Source: Flavobacteriales bacterium
Lineage (GTDB): Bacteria; Bacteroidota; Bacteroidia; Flavobacteriales_F; PHOS-HE28
Length of the DNA: 64,000 nt
Direction of reading: 5' to 3'
Assembly: GCA_016713865.1 (NCBI GenBank)
Contig: JADJOG010000045.1
Coordinates: 34,898-98,897, forward strand
Under the pieces are notes generated by a model. It was not told where the DNA came from and ran no database searches. It saw only the letters and a list, made by a program, of their open reading frames with translations. The translations under genes were made by a program, and so were the position numbers. Shown in pieces: positions 22,577 to 32,900 of this stretch (positions within the stretch are counted from its first letter, which is position 1; the number at the start of each line of letters is the position of its first letter).

Positions 22577-22744
22577 ATGCCGCGTCACCGCACTCCCGCT
22601 CTGCGAGCATCGAAGACCTGCATGTCCTGCGGCCTTCCATTCCAATGGCGCAAGAAATGGGAGCGGGTCTGGGATGAAGTGAAGTACTGCAGCGACCGAT
22701 GCCGACAGCACAAGAGCCGCGCGCAGCGCATACTGTCCGCCTGA
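22577..22744 (+). CDS. DUF2256 domain-containing small protein
   Basis: A 55-aa ORF absent from the supplied track: [55 protein letters not shown]. Its CxxC...W.KKWE..W..VKYCS..CR pattern matches DUF2256, which is classically found beside FeS-BCP/CryPro photolyase genes. Confidence 0.65.
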   Translation: MPRHRTPALRASKTCMSCGLPFQWRKKWERVWDEVKYCSDRCRQHKSRAQRILSA

Positions 22745-24278
22745 TCCTGGGCGATCAACTCAATTCCGAGCATAGCTGGTTCCAGCATGCGAGCGGGGAT
22801 GTGCTGCATGTCATCATGGAGGTGCGGCAGGAAACTGACTATGCATGGCATCACATCCAGAAGGTGCTGGGCTTCTTCGGTGCGATGCGCCGTTACGCGG
22901 ATGAGCTGCGCGCTCAGGGCCATCGTGTGCTATACCTCTCGCTCGACGACGAGCGCAATACGCAATCCATCTCAGGGAATCTGACGTGGGTGATAGCGGC
23001 ATGTGGCGCGGAACGGTTCGGTTATCAATTGCCCGACGAGCATCGGCTGGATGAGCAGTTGAAGGCTTTCGCATCAGCATGCGGCTGCGTTGTGGAGTTG
23101 TCCGATACCGAGCACTTCATCATCGACCGTCATGAGCTCACCGCGCTTTTCAAAGGCAAGAAGCAATACCTGATGGAGCGTTTCTATCGCGTGATGCGCG
23201 AACGCACCGGTCTGCTCATGGATGGCACGCAACCGTCAGGCGGGCGCTGGAACTACGATGCGGAGAACCGAGGCCGGCCACCGAAGGGTCATCTGGCGCC
23301 GCCGCCGCTGCTCTTCCAGCACGACCTGAGCGGTATTGAAGCCATGGTGATGGCGCATGGCGTGACGTCCATCGGTACGGTGGAAGCCGCGCGCTTCTCC
23401 TGGCCAATTTCGCGCGCTGAAGGCCTGGAGCTGCTCACGTATTTCTGCGAGCACCTGCTGCCCCTCTTCGGCACCTATCAGGATGCGCTCATGCCCGGCC
23501 AATGGGCCTTGTACCATTCGCGCATCAGCTTCGCGATGAACGTGAAGATGATCGGCCCACTGGAGGTGTGCCGCGCCGTGGAAGCCGCGTGGCGTGCTGA
23601 TCCCAAGGGCATAAGCATCGCGCAGGCCGAGGGCTTCATTCGGCGATCATCGGTTGGCGCGAGTACATGCGCGGGGTGTATTGGGCACAGATGCCGCGCT
23701 TCGCTTCGCTCAACTTCTTCGGGCACGAACGTCCGTTGCCTTCGTGGTACTGGACCGGCGAAACGCGCATGGCCTGCTTGCGCGATGCGATCAAGGGTAG
23801 CCTCACCAACGCTTACGCGCACCACATCCAGCGCCTCATGGTCACCGGCAACTTCGCACTGCTCGCCGGCGTGCATCCCGACGAAGTCGATCAGTGGTAC
23901 CTCGGCATCTACATCGATGCGCTGGAATGGGTGGAGATCACCAATACGCGTGGCATGAGTCAGTTCGCCGATGGCGGCATCGTGGGCACGAAGCCTTATG
24001 TGAGCAGCGGCGCTTACCTGAATAAGATGGGCCACCACTGCGGTAGCTGCTATTACAAGGTGAGTGAGCGAACAGGTGAGCGTGCCTGTCCGTTCAATTC
24101 GTTGTACTGGCACTTCCTCGCGCGCAACCGTGCAAGGCTCGAAGCCCCGGATGCACGTCCAGGGCTGATGGCGCGCATGGCGATGCCCTTCCGCATCTGG
24201 GACGGCATGGCATCGCATGCGCGCGAGGAGCTGCTCACGAAGGGAGAAGAATTGCTGAAACGAATCGAAGAGCTATGA
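22699..24278 (+). CDS. cryptochrome/photolyase family protein of the FeS-BCP / CryPro type ((6-4) photolyase PhrB-like, COG3046), one frameshift
   Basis: The N-terminal part [11 protein letters not shown]... and the C-terminal part with the Fe-S cysteine cluster [27 protein letters not shown] are both present. A single A missing in cggcaGatc near 23655 explains the split between ORFs 22699..23958 and 23667..24278. Confidence 0.75.
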
Positions 24279-25549
24279 GCAGAGCGATCATCTGGTTCCG
24301 GAACGATTTGCGTTTGGCGGATAATCCCGCACTGATCGCGGCGCTGGCTGCGCATGATGAAGTGTTGCCGGTCTATGTGCTCGACCCGAGGCAGCATGGC
24401 CCATCGCCATTCGGTTTCGAGCGCAGCGGCCCGCATCGTCGGAAATTCTTGCATGAAGGTCTTGCAGACCTTGATGAGCAGTTGCTCGCCAAAGGCAGCG
24501 CGCTCCATGCTTTCGCGGGACAACCGGCGGATGTGCTTCGGCGAGTCGCGCGGATGTGGGATGCCTCATTCGTTTACACTCAAGGGCTGAACGCACGCGA
24601 GGAAGTGCTTCAGGAATTGGAGGTGTCGCGCGAACTGCCGCTTCTGCTGCATGGAGCGTCCACCATGCTGCTGCCAGGCGATCTGCCCTTCGGCCTGCGT
24701 GAGCTGCCCGAAGTCTTCACCGACTTCCGCAAAGCCGTGGAGAAAGGCAGCCCGGTGCGCGACACGCTTCCTGAACCAGTGAGCATTCCCACACCGCGCG
24801 AATGGCGTACCCGACCGCTCACGGTGGAGGAGCTCCCGATTGGCAAGCCTCGAATCGATCGCCGCGTCGTGCTCGATTTCCAAGGCGGGAGAGCTGCGGC
24901 ACTGGCGCGCTTGCGCCACTATTTATGGGATACCCGTGCCATCGCGTTTTACAAGGAGACGCGCAACGGGCTCATCGGAGCCGATTACAGCAGCAAGCTG
25001 AGCCCTTGGCTGGCATCGGGAGCGCTATCTCCACGCGAGGTCTTCCACGAGGTGAAGCGATTCGAGTCGATCCACGGCGGCAACGAGAGCACGTATTGGA
25101 TGATTTTCGAGCTGCTCTGGCGCGATTACTTCCAATTCATCGCGGCCAAGCACAAGAGCGCGCTGTTCGCCGCGGGCGGAATACGGGGCTCGGCGCTAAG
25201 GGGCAAGAAGGAGGTTGAGCTGTTTGAGCGATGGATCAATGGGCGGACCGGCCAGCCCTTCATCGATGCGAACATGCGCGAGCTTGCAGGAACCGGTTGG
25301 ATGAGCAATCGCGGCCGACAGTGCGTGGCAAGCTTCCTCGCGCACGACCTCGGGCTCGATTGGCGCATGGGTGCGTGGTGGTTCGAGCGCAAGCTCATCG
25401 ACTACGATCCGTGCAGCAACTGGGGCAACTGGCAATACGTGGCAGGCGTTGGCAACGATCCGCGCCAAGGCCGCCGCTTCGATCCCGAACGGCAAGCGAA
25501 CACTTATGATTCGGATGGTGCATTCACGCGGCTGTGGAATGCCGATTGA
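24275..25549 (+). CDS. DASH-family cryptochrome (Cry-DASH, photolyase/cryptochrome family)
   Basis: [20 protein letters not shown]...; the FAD-binding C-terminal motifs WREF/YF-like (LWRDYFQF) and GWMSNRGRQCVASFL. Confidence 0.85.
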   Translation: MSRAIIWFRNDLRLADNPALIAALAAHDEVLPVYVLDPRQHGPSPFGFERSGPHRRKFLHEGLADLDEQLLAKGSALHAFAGQPADVLRRVARMWDASFVYTQGLNAREEVLQELEVSRELPLLLHGASTMLLPGDLPFGLRELPEVFTDFRKAVEKGSPVRDTLPEPVSIPTPREWRTRPLTVEELPIGKPRIDRRVVLDFQGGRAAALARLRHYLWDTRAIAFYKETRNGLIGADYSSKLSPWLASGALSPREVFHEVKRFESIHGGNESTYWMIFELLWRDYFQFIAAKHKSALFAAGGIRGSALRGKKEVELFERWINGRTGQPFIDANMRELAGTGWMSNRGRQCVASFLAHDLGLDWRMGAWWFERKLIDYDPCSNWGNWQYVAGVGNDPRQGRRFDPERQANTYDSDGAFTRLWNAD

Positions 25550-25916
25550 GAAATGGATCAACGAACAAGGCAGCAGCAACTCCCAAAACGTACATCACCA
25601 GATCCATCGATTGGAAGGTGTCGCCCAGCAGCAGCTTCGCCCAAGTGGTGTGCGATAGACCGAGGTGATTGATCAACCCGGCTGCTTGCGCGCTTTCAAC
25701 CGCAAAGGCGAATAGCAGCGCACCGGTGGCCACGCGCTTCGCTGGCCAGCTGAAAAGCGCACGCACGCTGAAGTGCATCAGGCACACAACGAGCAGGTCG
25801 CCGAGATGGAAGCGGATGAAAGGCTGTCGAACATGAAAGGCGATGTACAGCTCGCCGCCGAGTAGCAGCAACGCCACAAGCGCATGCTTCGGGCTGAACC
25901 GAATTGGCAACTTCAC
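25524..25916 (-). CDS. small integral membrane protein (DUF2809-like)
   Basis: 130 aa with three to four predicted TM segments. It converges on, and overlaps by 26 nt, the Cry-DASH 3' end, and is 3' of the NuoF-like gene. Confidence 0.45.
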   Translation of the reverse strand: MKLPIRFSPKHALVALLLLGGELYIAFHVRQPFIRFHLGDLLVVCLMHFSVRALFSWPAKRVATGALLFAFAVESAQAAGLINHLGLSHTTWAKLLLGDTFQSMDLVMYVLGVAAALFVDPFLNRHSTAA

Positions 25917-27106
25917 GCGAAGTACTCGTCGAGCTCCGTGCGGAAATACTGCATGGCATTCTTCACACCCAGCGGAAGGCCGCCGCCCAACGCGCAGAGC
26001 GATCCGATCTCCATGGTCTCGATCAGGTCGTTGAAGAGCGCGCGATCGATCTTCTTGCCGTCCTGAGCGCTAAGGATGAGCTCCTTGCCGCGCGTGCTGC
26101 CGATGCGGCACGGGAAGCACTTGCCGCAGCTCTCCAGCGCGGTGAACTCGAAGAGGTGCTCGAGGTACTTCACCATGGGGAAGTCCTGCGGGATGCTGAG
26201 CACGCTCGCGTGGCCAAGCAGGAAACCCTCACGCTGGAAGCTCTCGAAGTCGATGCTGAGCGCGTTGATCTTCTGTAGCGGCACAATGCCGCCGAGCGGG
26301 CCGCCAATGTGCAGTGCTTTCGTAGGTCTCGCGAATCCGCCGCCGAGCTCATCGATCACCTTCGCGAGCGGGGTGCCGCACTCCACCTCATAGATGCCGG
26401 GACGTTTGAAGCCGCTGTCGAGGCACACGAGCTTGCTGCCGTTGCTCTTCTCGCTGCCAAGTTTGGCGAAGGCCGCCCCGCCGTTGGTGATCACCCAAGG
26501 CACGCACGCCAATGTCTCAACGTTGTTCACCACGGTTGGACGATTGAACAGGCCCTGCTGCGCGGGGTAGGGCGGCCTCGTGCGCACCTCGCCACGTTTG
26601 CCTTCGATGCTGTTCAGCAGCGCGGTCTCTTCGCCGCACACATAAGCGCCTGCGGCCTTGATCACTTTGAAGCGGTAGTTGAAGCCACTGCCCTTGATGT
26701 TGTTGCCGATCCAACCTTGTGCTTCCAGATCGCGCACGGCTTGCTTCACGATCTCCACCGCTTCGGGATACTCCGCGCGGATGTATAGCACACCCGTGTC
26801 GGCACCCACGCAATAGCCCGCGATCATCATTCCGAGCAGCACGCGGTGCGGGCGCTGTTCTAAGAGGTATCGATCACTGTACGCGGCGGGGTCGCCCTCG
26901 TCGGCGTTGCACACGATGTATTTGCGAGGCGTGCCATTGCCGGTTGTGTCTTCCGCGTTGCGACAAGCCTCCAGCTTGAAACCCATTGGGAAGCCCGCAC
27001 CTCCGCGTCCACGGATGGTCGCCACTTTTATTTCGTTCAGCACATCCGCGCTGTTGCTTTTCAGCACCTGCTCCCAAACGGCGTAGAATTCCTCCAATCG
27101 CGGCAT
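25913..27106 (-). CDS. NuoF-like NADH-binding flavoprotein (51-kDa subunit family, SLBB and 4Fe-4S domains)
   Basis: IRGRGGAGFPMGFK, the FMN/NADH-binding region, and the C-terminal ESCGKCFPCRIG 4Fe-4S motif. Confidence 0.8.
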   Translation of the reverse strand: MPRLEEFYAVWEQVLKSNSADVLNEIKVATIRGRGGAGFPMGFKLEACRNAEDTTGNGTPRKYIVCNADEGDPAAYSDRYLLEQRPHRVLLGMMIAGYCVGADTGVLYIRAEYPEAVEIVKQAVRDLEAQGWIGNNIKGSGFNYRFKVIKAAGAYVCGEETALLNSIEGKRGEVRTRPPYPAQQGLFNRPTVVNNVETLACVPWVITNGGAAFAKLGSEKSNGSKLVCLDSGFKRPGIYEVECGTPLAKVIDELGGGFARPTKALHIGGPLGGIVPLQKINALSIDFESFQREGFLLGHASVLSIPQDFPMVKYLEHLFEFTALESCGKCFPCRIGSTRGKELILSAQDGKKIDRALFNDLIETMEIGSLCALGGGLPLGVKNAMQYFRTELDEYFA

Positions 27107-27624
27107 CGGTGCGGTGAGGATGGGGAGGCCATGGAACTCGCGACATGGTAGGTGTCCATGTTGGGGAAGGAAGAGGCTGCACCAACCCCCAACCCCTCAA
27201 CCCTCAACCCACGACCAACAACTTCCGCTAATCGTTCAATCGCATCACCACTGAAATTCAATCCGCCCACATTGAACGCGCTGTTCTCGTGGCAGCGCCC
27301 CAAGCAGCACATGTGGCCGATCTCTTCCGGCTTGAAGTGCTTCGCCAGCGCGTGATGCACTTTGTCTTGTGTTCCCGCTACCAGGCAGGCGCTTCCGTTG
27401 CACACGTATGCCTTCTTGCCTTGGTTCTCCTTCTTCAGGAAATCATAGAAGGAGCTCGTGCCGTAGGTGATGGCCTCGCCGATGAGGAAGTCATCGGCAA
27501 TTTGCGTGAGCGCACGATCTTCTGGAGAGCCATCGATTGAGGCGGCTTTCTGCAGGCGTTCCCAAAGTGGATCCTCGAGTTCCTTGCCATCCCGGCCGGA
27601 AAGTGATGAGATGTTCTTCGACAT
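27061..27624 (-). CDS. NuoE-like thioredoxin-fold [2Fe-2S] protein, probably fused to or frameshifted into the NuoF-like gene
   Basis: The ATG at 27624 (MSKNISSLSGRDGK); the 2Fe-2S pattern YVCNGSACLVAG...CCLGRCHENSAF (C-x4-C...C-x3-C). The C-terminal Gly-rich linker is encoded by a G-run tract. The ORF overlaps the NuoF-like start by 45 nt in another frame. Confidence 0.65.
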   Translation of the reverse strand: MSKNISSLSGRDGKELEDPLWERLQKAASIDGSPEDRALTQIADDFLIGEAITYGTSSFYDFLKKENQGKKAYVCNGSACLVAGTQDKVHHALAKHFKPEEIGHMCCLGRCHENSAFNVGGLNFSGDAIERLAEVVGRGLRVEGLGVGAASSFPNMDTYHVASSMASPSSPHRCRDWRNSTPFGSRC

Positions 27625-27718
27625 GCGGTTCCAAGGTAGGGATGCGGTGGAATGCACGTGCATGAACGGATGAGCCGGGCTTAATGCCCGGCTCATCCGT
27701 TGAAGGAGATGCGTGCTG

Positions 27719-28696
27719 CTACCTCTTTGTCGGAGCGCGTTGTGGAGGCTGCGAGGGTGGTGCGGTCGGGCTGCTGCGCGAGGGCTTGGGGGCGGGCGCA
27801 GTGCGATGCGGAGATCGGTTAGGTGCGGTGCGCTCGGCCGGTTTCCGCTCGGGCTTGCCTGGGGTCCTCACGGGCGGCGTCGGCTGTTTACCGCGATCAA
27901 TGCCGGGTGCGCGATCATCCCTTTCCATCGGGCGGGTGCTCGGCGCACGCTGCGCGGGGCGCACATCGTTCCTGCGCTGCACCGTGCCCGACATGCTGCG
28001 ACGGTGCATGTAAACGCTGTTGGCGTGATTCACGCGGCAGAAGTGAACCGGCTGGTACCACCCCCAATAGGGTCGAGGGTAGCCCCACCACATGCTCCAG
28101 CCCCATGGGCGCCATGGGTTCCACCATCCGGGGTAGTAGCCCCAGTACCAGGGCGATGACCATTCCCACCAACCTGGTCCGTAGCACCACTGCACACAAG
28201 GCCACGCCCATACGTTCATCCAAACCGTGACCTGTGCAGCAGGACCGAGCGGTCCTCCTCGTTTCCCTTCTTGCTCTTTTATCGATTCCGAAGGCTCTAC
28301 GATGGTGTTCTCCGGGTAGAGCATGGCATCGCCAAGGATCTGAAGCGTAACCGTTGCTTCTGCGCCACGCTCCATCTGAATAGTGGCTATGTCCTGCTGG
28401 TCGTCCTTGCCGAATGCGGCTTGAAGCACCACTACGCGCGATTCAGCATCGGCGCTAGCGCGCACATGGATGAAATCGACTTCACCATTTCCGTCAAGGT
28501 CCAGATTGTTCACCCCATTGCCGGTGGCGTTAATGGACTTTTCGAAGGCATCGAGGTCCTTGCTCTGCCGGAAAAGCTCCAATGCGCCGCGAAGGCTGAA
28601 CTGATCACCGGCGAGTCCGGTGCTATCTGCTTGTTGCGGCGTGGCCACAGCGGCGAGGCCAGCGCTCATGCTGGCGAGGAGAAGGAGGGTCTTCAT
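27719..28696 (-). CDS. secreted hypothetical protein with a Trp/Gly/Tyr-rich aromatic region and a Pro/Arg-rich C-terminal tail
   Basis: Signal peptide MKTLLLLASMSAGLAAVA, the block VWMNVWAWPCVQWCYGPGWWEWSSPWYWGYYPGWWNPWRPWGWSMWWGYPRPYWGWY, then a low-complexity P/R/A/T tail. Confidence 0.6.
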   Translation of the reverse strand: MKTLLLLASMSAGLAAVATPQQADSTGLAGDQFSLRGALELFRQSKDLDAFEKSINATGNGVNNLDLDGNGEVDFIHVRASADAESRVVVLQAAFGKDDQQDIATIQMERGAEATVTLQILGDAMLYPENTIVEPSESIKEQEGKRGGPLGPAAQVTVWMNVWAWPCVQWCYGPGWWEWSSPWYWGYYPGWWNPWRPWGWSMWWGYPRPYWGWYQPVHFCRVNHANSVYMHRRSMSGTVQRRNDVRPAQRAPSTRPMERDDRAPGIDRGKQPTPPVRTPGKPERKPAERTAPNRSPHRTAPAPKPSRSSPTAPPSQPPQRAPTKR

Positions 28697-28729
28697 GGCA
28701 TTTGGTGTCAGGTTTCGCTTGAGCAATGA

Positions 28730-29560
28730 TCATACCGGCGACACCGCTTTGGTGAGCATTGGGCATCGAATTCGGCGAAGCACACGCTCCGTGGTGCTGC
28801 CACGAAGGGCGTCCAGGAAGCCGTCGTGCCCCTGCGTGGGCATCACGATCAAGTCGGGTTTCCATTCAAGAGCCGCGTGGAGGATGCCGTCCACCACCTC
28901 GCCTTCGCGTTGCACTAGGCTCCATTCCCAACCGGGTCGTTGCGGGGCATGGTCAATCACATGTCCAAAGTCATCCCCTCCGATGCTGAGGAGCATGAAT
29001 CGCGCATCATCCACCTTCAGCACCTCAGCGATCCATGACGCCAGTGCGATGGCTTCGCTTGGTGATGGAGTGCTGGCGATGGGCAGGAGGATGCGTTGCA
29101 TTCTCATGACGCCCGACGATGGATCGAAGAAGCCCTGTGCATTGCTGGGGACGATAAGCGTTGGCAAGTGTGCCTCCCGCATGAGCGGCTCAGCCACGCG
29201 GCGCCCGAGCCAATCCATGGCTTCATCGCGCTGGTGGGTGTGAAGCACCACGAGGTCGGCGCGGTGATCCTTGAGGTAGGCTAGGCAGGCTTGGAGCGGA
29301 TCGCCGCCTTCCAGGATCTTGCGCACGCCGATGCCCATGTCGCGCAGTTCCTTGGATCCGTGCGCTTCGGTGATCACGCCCCAGCGCTTCAACGTGCTCC
29401 GCACTTGTGGCAACTCTTGCACGGATGTTTCGGCGCTTGAGCCTACATGCATCAATGTAAGAGTGGCGGATGCCGCCACCGTTAGGCCTAGCGCATGATA
29501 GAATGCAGGCATGGCCTCTTCTTCCAGATTGGTGGGGTGGAAGATGCGTTTGATCTCCAT
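28730..29560 (-). CDS. universal stress protein family protein (tandem UspA domains)
   Basis: Two Usp-like halves (VVLHTHQRD...LIVP and DLIVMPTQGHDGFLDALRGSTTERVLRRIRCPML). Start chosen at MEIKRIF. Confidence 0.75.
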   Translation of the reverse strand: MEIKRIFHPTNLEEEAMPAFYHALGLTVAASATLTLMHVGSSAETSVQELPQVRSTLKRWGVITEAHGSKELRDMGIGVRKILEGGDPLQACLAYLKDHRADLVVLHTHQRDEAMDWLGRRVAEPLMREAHLPTLIVPSNAQGFFDPSSGVMRMQRILLPIASTPSPSEAIALASWIAEVLKVDDARFMLLSIGGDDFGHVIDHAPQRPGWEWSLVQREGEVVDGILHAALEWKPDLIVMPTQGHDGFLDALRGSTTERVLRRIRCPMLTKAVSPV

Positions 29561-29905
29561 TGGCTTGTGCATGCTGCTAAGGTTTGGTCGGCTTTCATGC
29601 GCTAAGGTGATGCCCGTCATTCAATCGGCAGAGTTGGATTCAAATGGCATGTCTTGCGGGGGAAGCACGAAGGGGATGGACGGTCGTGCGCTACACACGC
29701 GCGTGTTGACAAGTGCGCACCGCTGCGAACAGCATCCCAAGAATGCCCCGATACGTTTGCCCGGCACCCTACCTGAACGCGCGTGCGCTTCTGCGCCATG
29801 GTGCATCGGTGGCTCTCCACACCGGTCATCGGGGACTGAAGCGTCCATTGGAGAAGTCCTCCATTGGTTTCGAGCCGAGGGCGGTGCTCACAAGCCGTTC
29901 GGCAC

Positions 29906-32900
29906 ATGATGGAACATCGACCCCTTGCCCTGGTGAGCAGCGCATCGCGCTCAATCCTTTCCCGGTTCATTAAGCCTCTGATCGCGTCGCTGGCCGCATT
30001 GCTGCTTTGGCAAGGCGAAGCGCGCGCCACCCACGCCATGGGCGGCGAGCTCACCTATGCTGGCATCTATCGCGTGCGCCTGAATTTCTATCGCGACTGC
30101 AATGGTGTGGAGGCGCCAACGAATTGCAGCAACGGCCGGCAATTCCGGTTGCGCAGCACGGCATGCGGGAACATCACGCTTAATCCATGCTTCGGTCTGG
30201 ATGGCGTCGACGTGGTTACTCCGCTATGTTTCGGAGCAGCCGACCGCTGCACCAATTCCAGCGCGCAGTACGGAATCCAGCGGTACCGCTACAGCGCGGT
30301 AGTGAACCTGAGCGCCTACGCGGCATGCGGCAGCGACTGGGTGATCGATTGGGACCTATGCTGTCGCAACAACGCGATCACCTCGCTCAACAATCCCGGT
30401 TCGCGCAACTTGTACCTGTACGCTAATCTGCGCCAGACCGTAACACCCTGCAATAACTCACCTAGCTTCCTGAACACGCCCACCCCGTTCGCCTGCGTGG
30501 GCCAGCAAGTGAGCTATAACCACGGCTTCAACGATGTGGATGGCGATTCACTCTCCTTCTCCCTGGTTGGCGCTTTAGGCTCGAATGGCAGCGCGATCCC
30601 CTACAATGCAGGGTACTCGGCCACGCAGCCGGTGGTTACCAGCGGCGGCGCCAATGCTGTGCAGATCAACCCGGTGACGGGGACCATCACCTTCGTTCCC
30701 AGCATCCAGCAGTTCGCTGTGGTGACCGTGCGCGTGCGCGAGTTCCGCAACGGCGTGCAGATCGGCGAACTGCTCCGCGACGTTCAGTTCGCGATCATCG
30801 CTTGCAGCAACAGCCTGCCACAAGCCACCGGCGTGAATGGCACTGGCACCTATACCTATAATGTGTGCGCAGGGGAGACTTTCTGCTTCACCGTGAACAG
30901 CAGTGATGCCGATGCCGCGCAGGTTGTGACCATGGCTTGGAACAATGGTATTCCGGGCGCCACCTTCACGACAACTAACGCTCCGCGTCCCGTTGGCACG
31001 TTCTGCTGGACACCTGGTGTCGGCGACATCGGCCAGAATCTGTTCAGCGTGAATGTGCAGGACAATGCCTGCCCGCTGGTTGGCCAGAACAATTTCGGCT
31101 TCGCGGTTCAGGTTACGCCGCCTTTCACGCCTGCTAATGCTGGCCCGGATCAGAATGTATGCGGCGCAACAGCGACGCTTGCAGGGCTGTTGCCATGGCC
31201 CGTGCAAGGTACTTGGTCCGTCATTAACGGTACCGGCACCTTCGCCAATGCGAATAGCCCGACCACCACGGTGAGCGGGTTGAGCCCGGGCACGAACACC
31301 TTACGATGGACCGTGAACTATGGCACCTGCGGCACCACGAGCGACGATGTGGTGATCATGAGCTTCAACCCTGCGCAGCCCGTGGCGAACGCTGGCCCCA
31401 ACCAGAGCCTTTGCCTGCCCAGCACCAGCACCGCATTGGCGGCGAATACCGCAGCCGCACCCGCTACGGGCCAATGGACCTTGGTGAGTGGCACGGGCAG
31501 TTTCGTGAATGCGAACAGCCCAACGACTCAAGTGAACGGTCTCAGTGTAGGTGCCAATGTCTTCCGCTGGACCATCAATAACGGGCCCTGTGGCGCACCC
31601 ACGAGCAGCAATGTCACGGTTTTCGTTTTCAGCAACGTGCAGCCTGCGGCGAATGCAGGCCCAGACCAGCAATTGTGCGCGCCTACGACCAGTGCCACGC
31701 TAGCTGGTAACGGCGTCATATTCCCTGCAACCGGAACTTGGACGGTTGCGAATGGCACGGGCACCTTCGTGAATGCGAACAGCCCATCCACCCAAGTGAG
31801 CGGGCTCAGCATCGGGGTGAATACATTCCGATGGACCATCAGCAACGGCCCTTGCCTGCCACCTACCACGCAGGATGAAGTGAACGTGGTGGTCTTCAAC
31901 CCGGCCAGCCCCAACGCGAATGCCGGACCCAACCAGCAGGTGTGCAGCAGCAGCACAACGCTTGCGGGCAATGCGCCATTGGCGCCGGCCACGGGGACCT
32001 GGAGCGTGATCAGCGGCACCGGCACATTCGCCAATGCGAATAGCCCAACCACTTCGGTGAGCGGGCTCTCCTTCGGCAACAACGTTTTCCAATGGACCTT
32101 GAGCAATGGTCCTTGCGCCAACGGCATCACCAATTCGCAGGTGACCATCACGCGCTTCGATCCCAATACGCCCGCTGCCGATGCAGGACCCGACCAGGAG
32201 CTCTGCACGATAGGCGCCACCGGATTCGCATCGGCTACCATGGCGGCGAGCGCAGCATCTGCACCGGCAACCGGCTCGTGGAGCATCATCAGCGGTCCTG
32301 CGGGAGCATTGATCACCACGCCTTCGAGCGCTGCGACCACAATCACCAACCTCGCGGTAGGCACCCACACCTTCCGCTGGACGGTGAACAATGGCCCTTG
32401 CATTCCGCCGACCTCCACGGACGATGTGGTGATCCGCGTGTACGACCGTAACGCACCCGTTGCGAACGCTGGCCCCAACCAGAACCTGTGCGCGCCTGTT
32501 GCAAGCGTGACGCTCGCCGCCAACGCAGCAACGGCACCTGCGATCGGCACATGGACGCTGGTGAGCGGTCAAGGAGTATTCGCCAATGCCAACAGCCCAA
32601 CCACCACGGTAACGGGCATGGCGATCGGCACGAACGTTTACCGGTGGACCATCGTGAATGGCCCATGCCCCGGAGCTATCACGTCAAGCACGGTTACCAT
32701 CACGCTCTTCGATCCCTCTGTTGCGGCGGCCAATGCCGGTCCGGATCAATCGCTCTGCGGCGCCACAAGCACTGTTATGGCGGCCAACGCCGTTGCGGCG
32801 CCTGCCGTTGGCACATGGAGCGTGGTGAGCGGCACCGCCACCATCAGCAATCCGAATAGCGCCACCACCGCCATCACGGGGCTGGGTACGGGCAGCGTCA

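Noticed and set aside
22563-22700. An alternative frame reading [22 protein letters not shown] across the DUF2256 region
   Set aside because: The +2 frame gives a clean 55-aa DUF2256 protein with a Cys4 zinc-ribbon pattern. The other frame terminates quickly.
27181-27215. A telomere-like GGGTTGA repeat, as a possible mobile-element end or satellite
   Set aside because: It contains only about three units, is embedded in coding sequence as a Gly-rich linker, and has no flanking inverted repeats or transposase.
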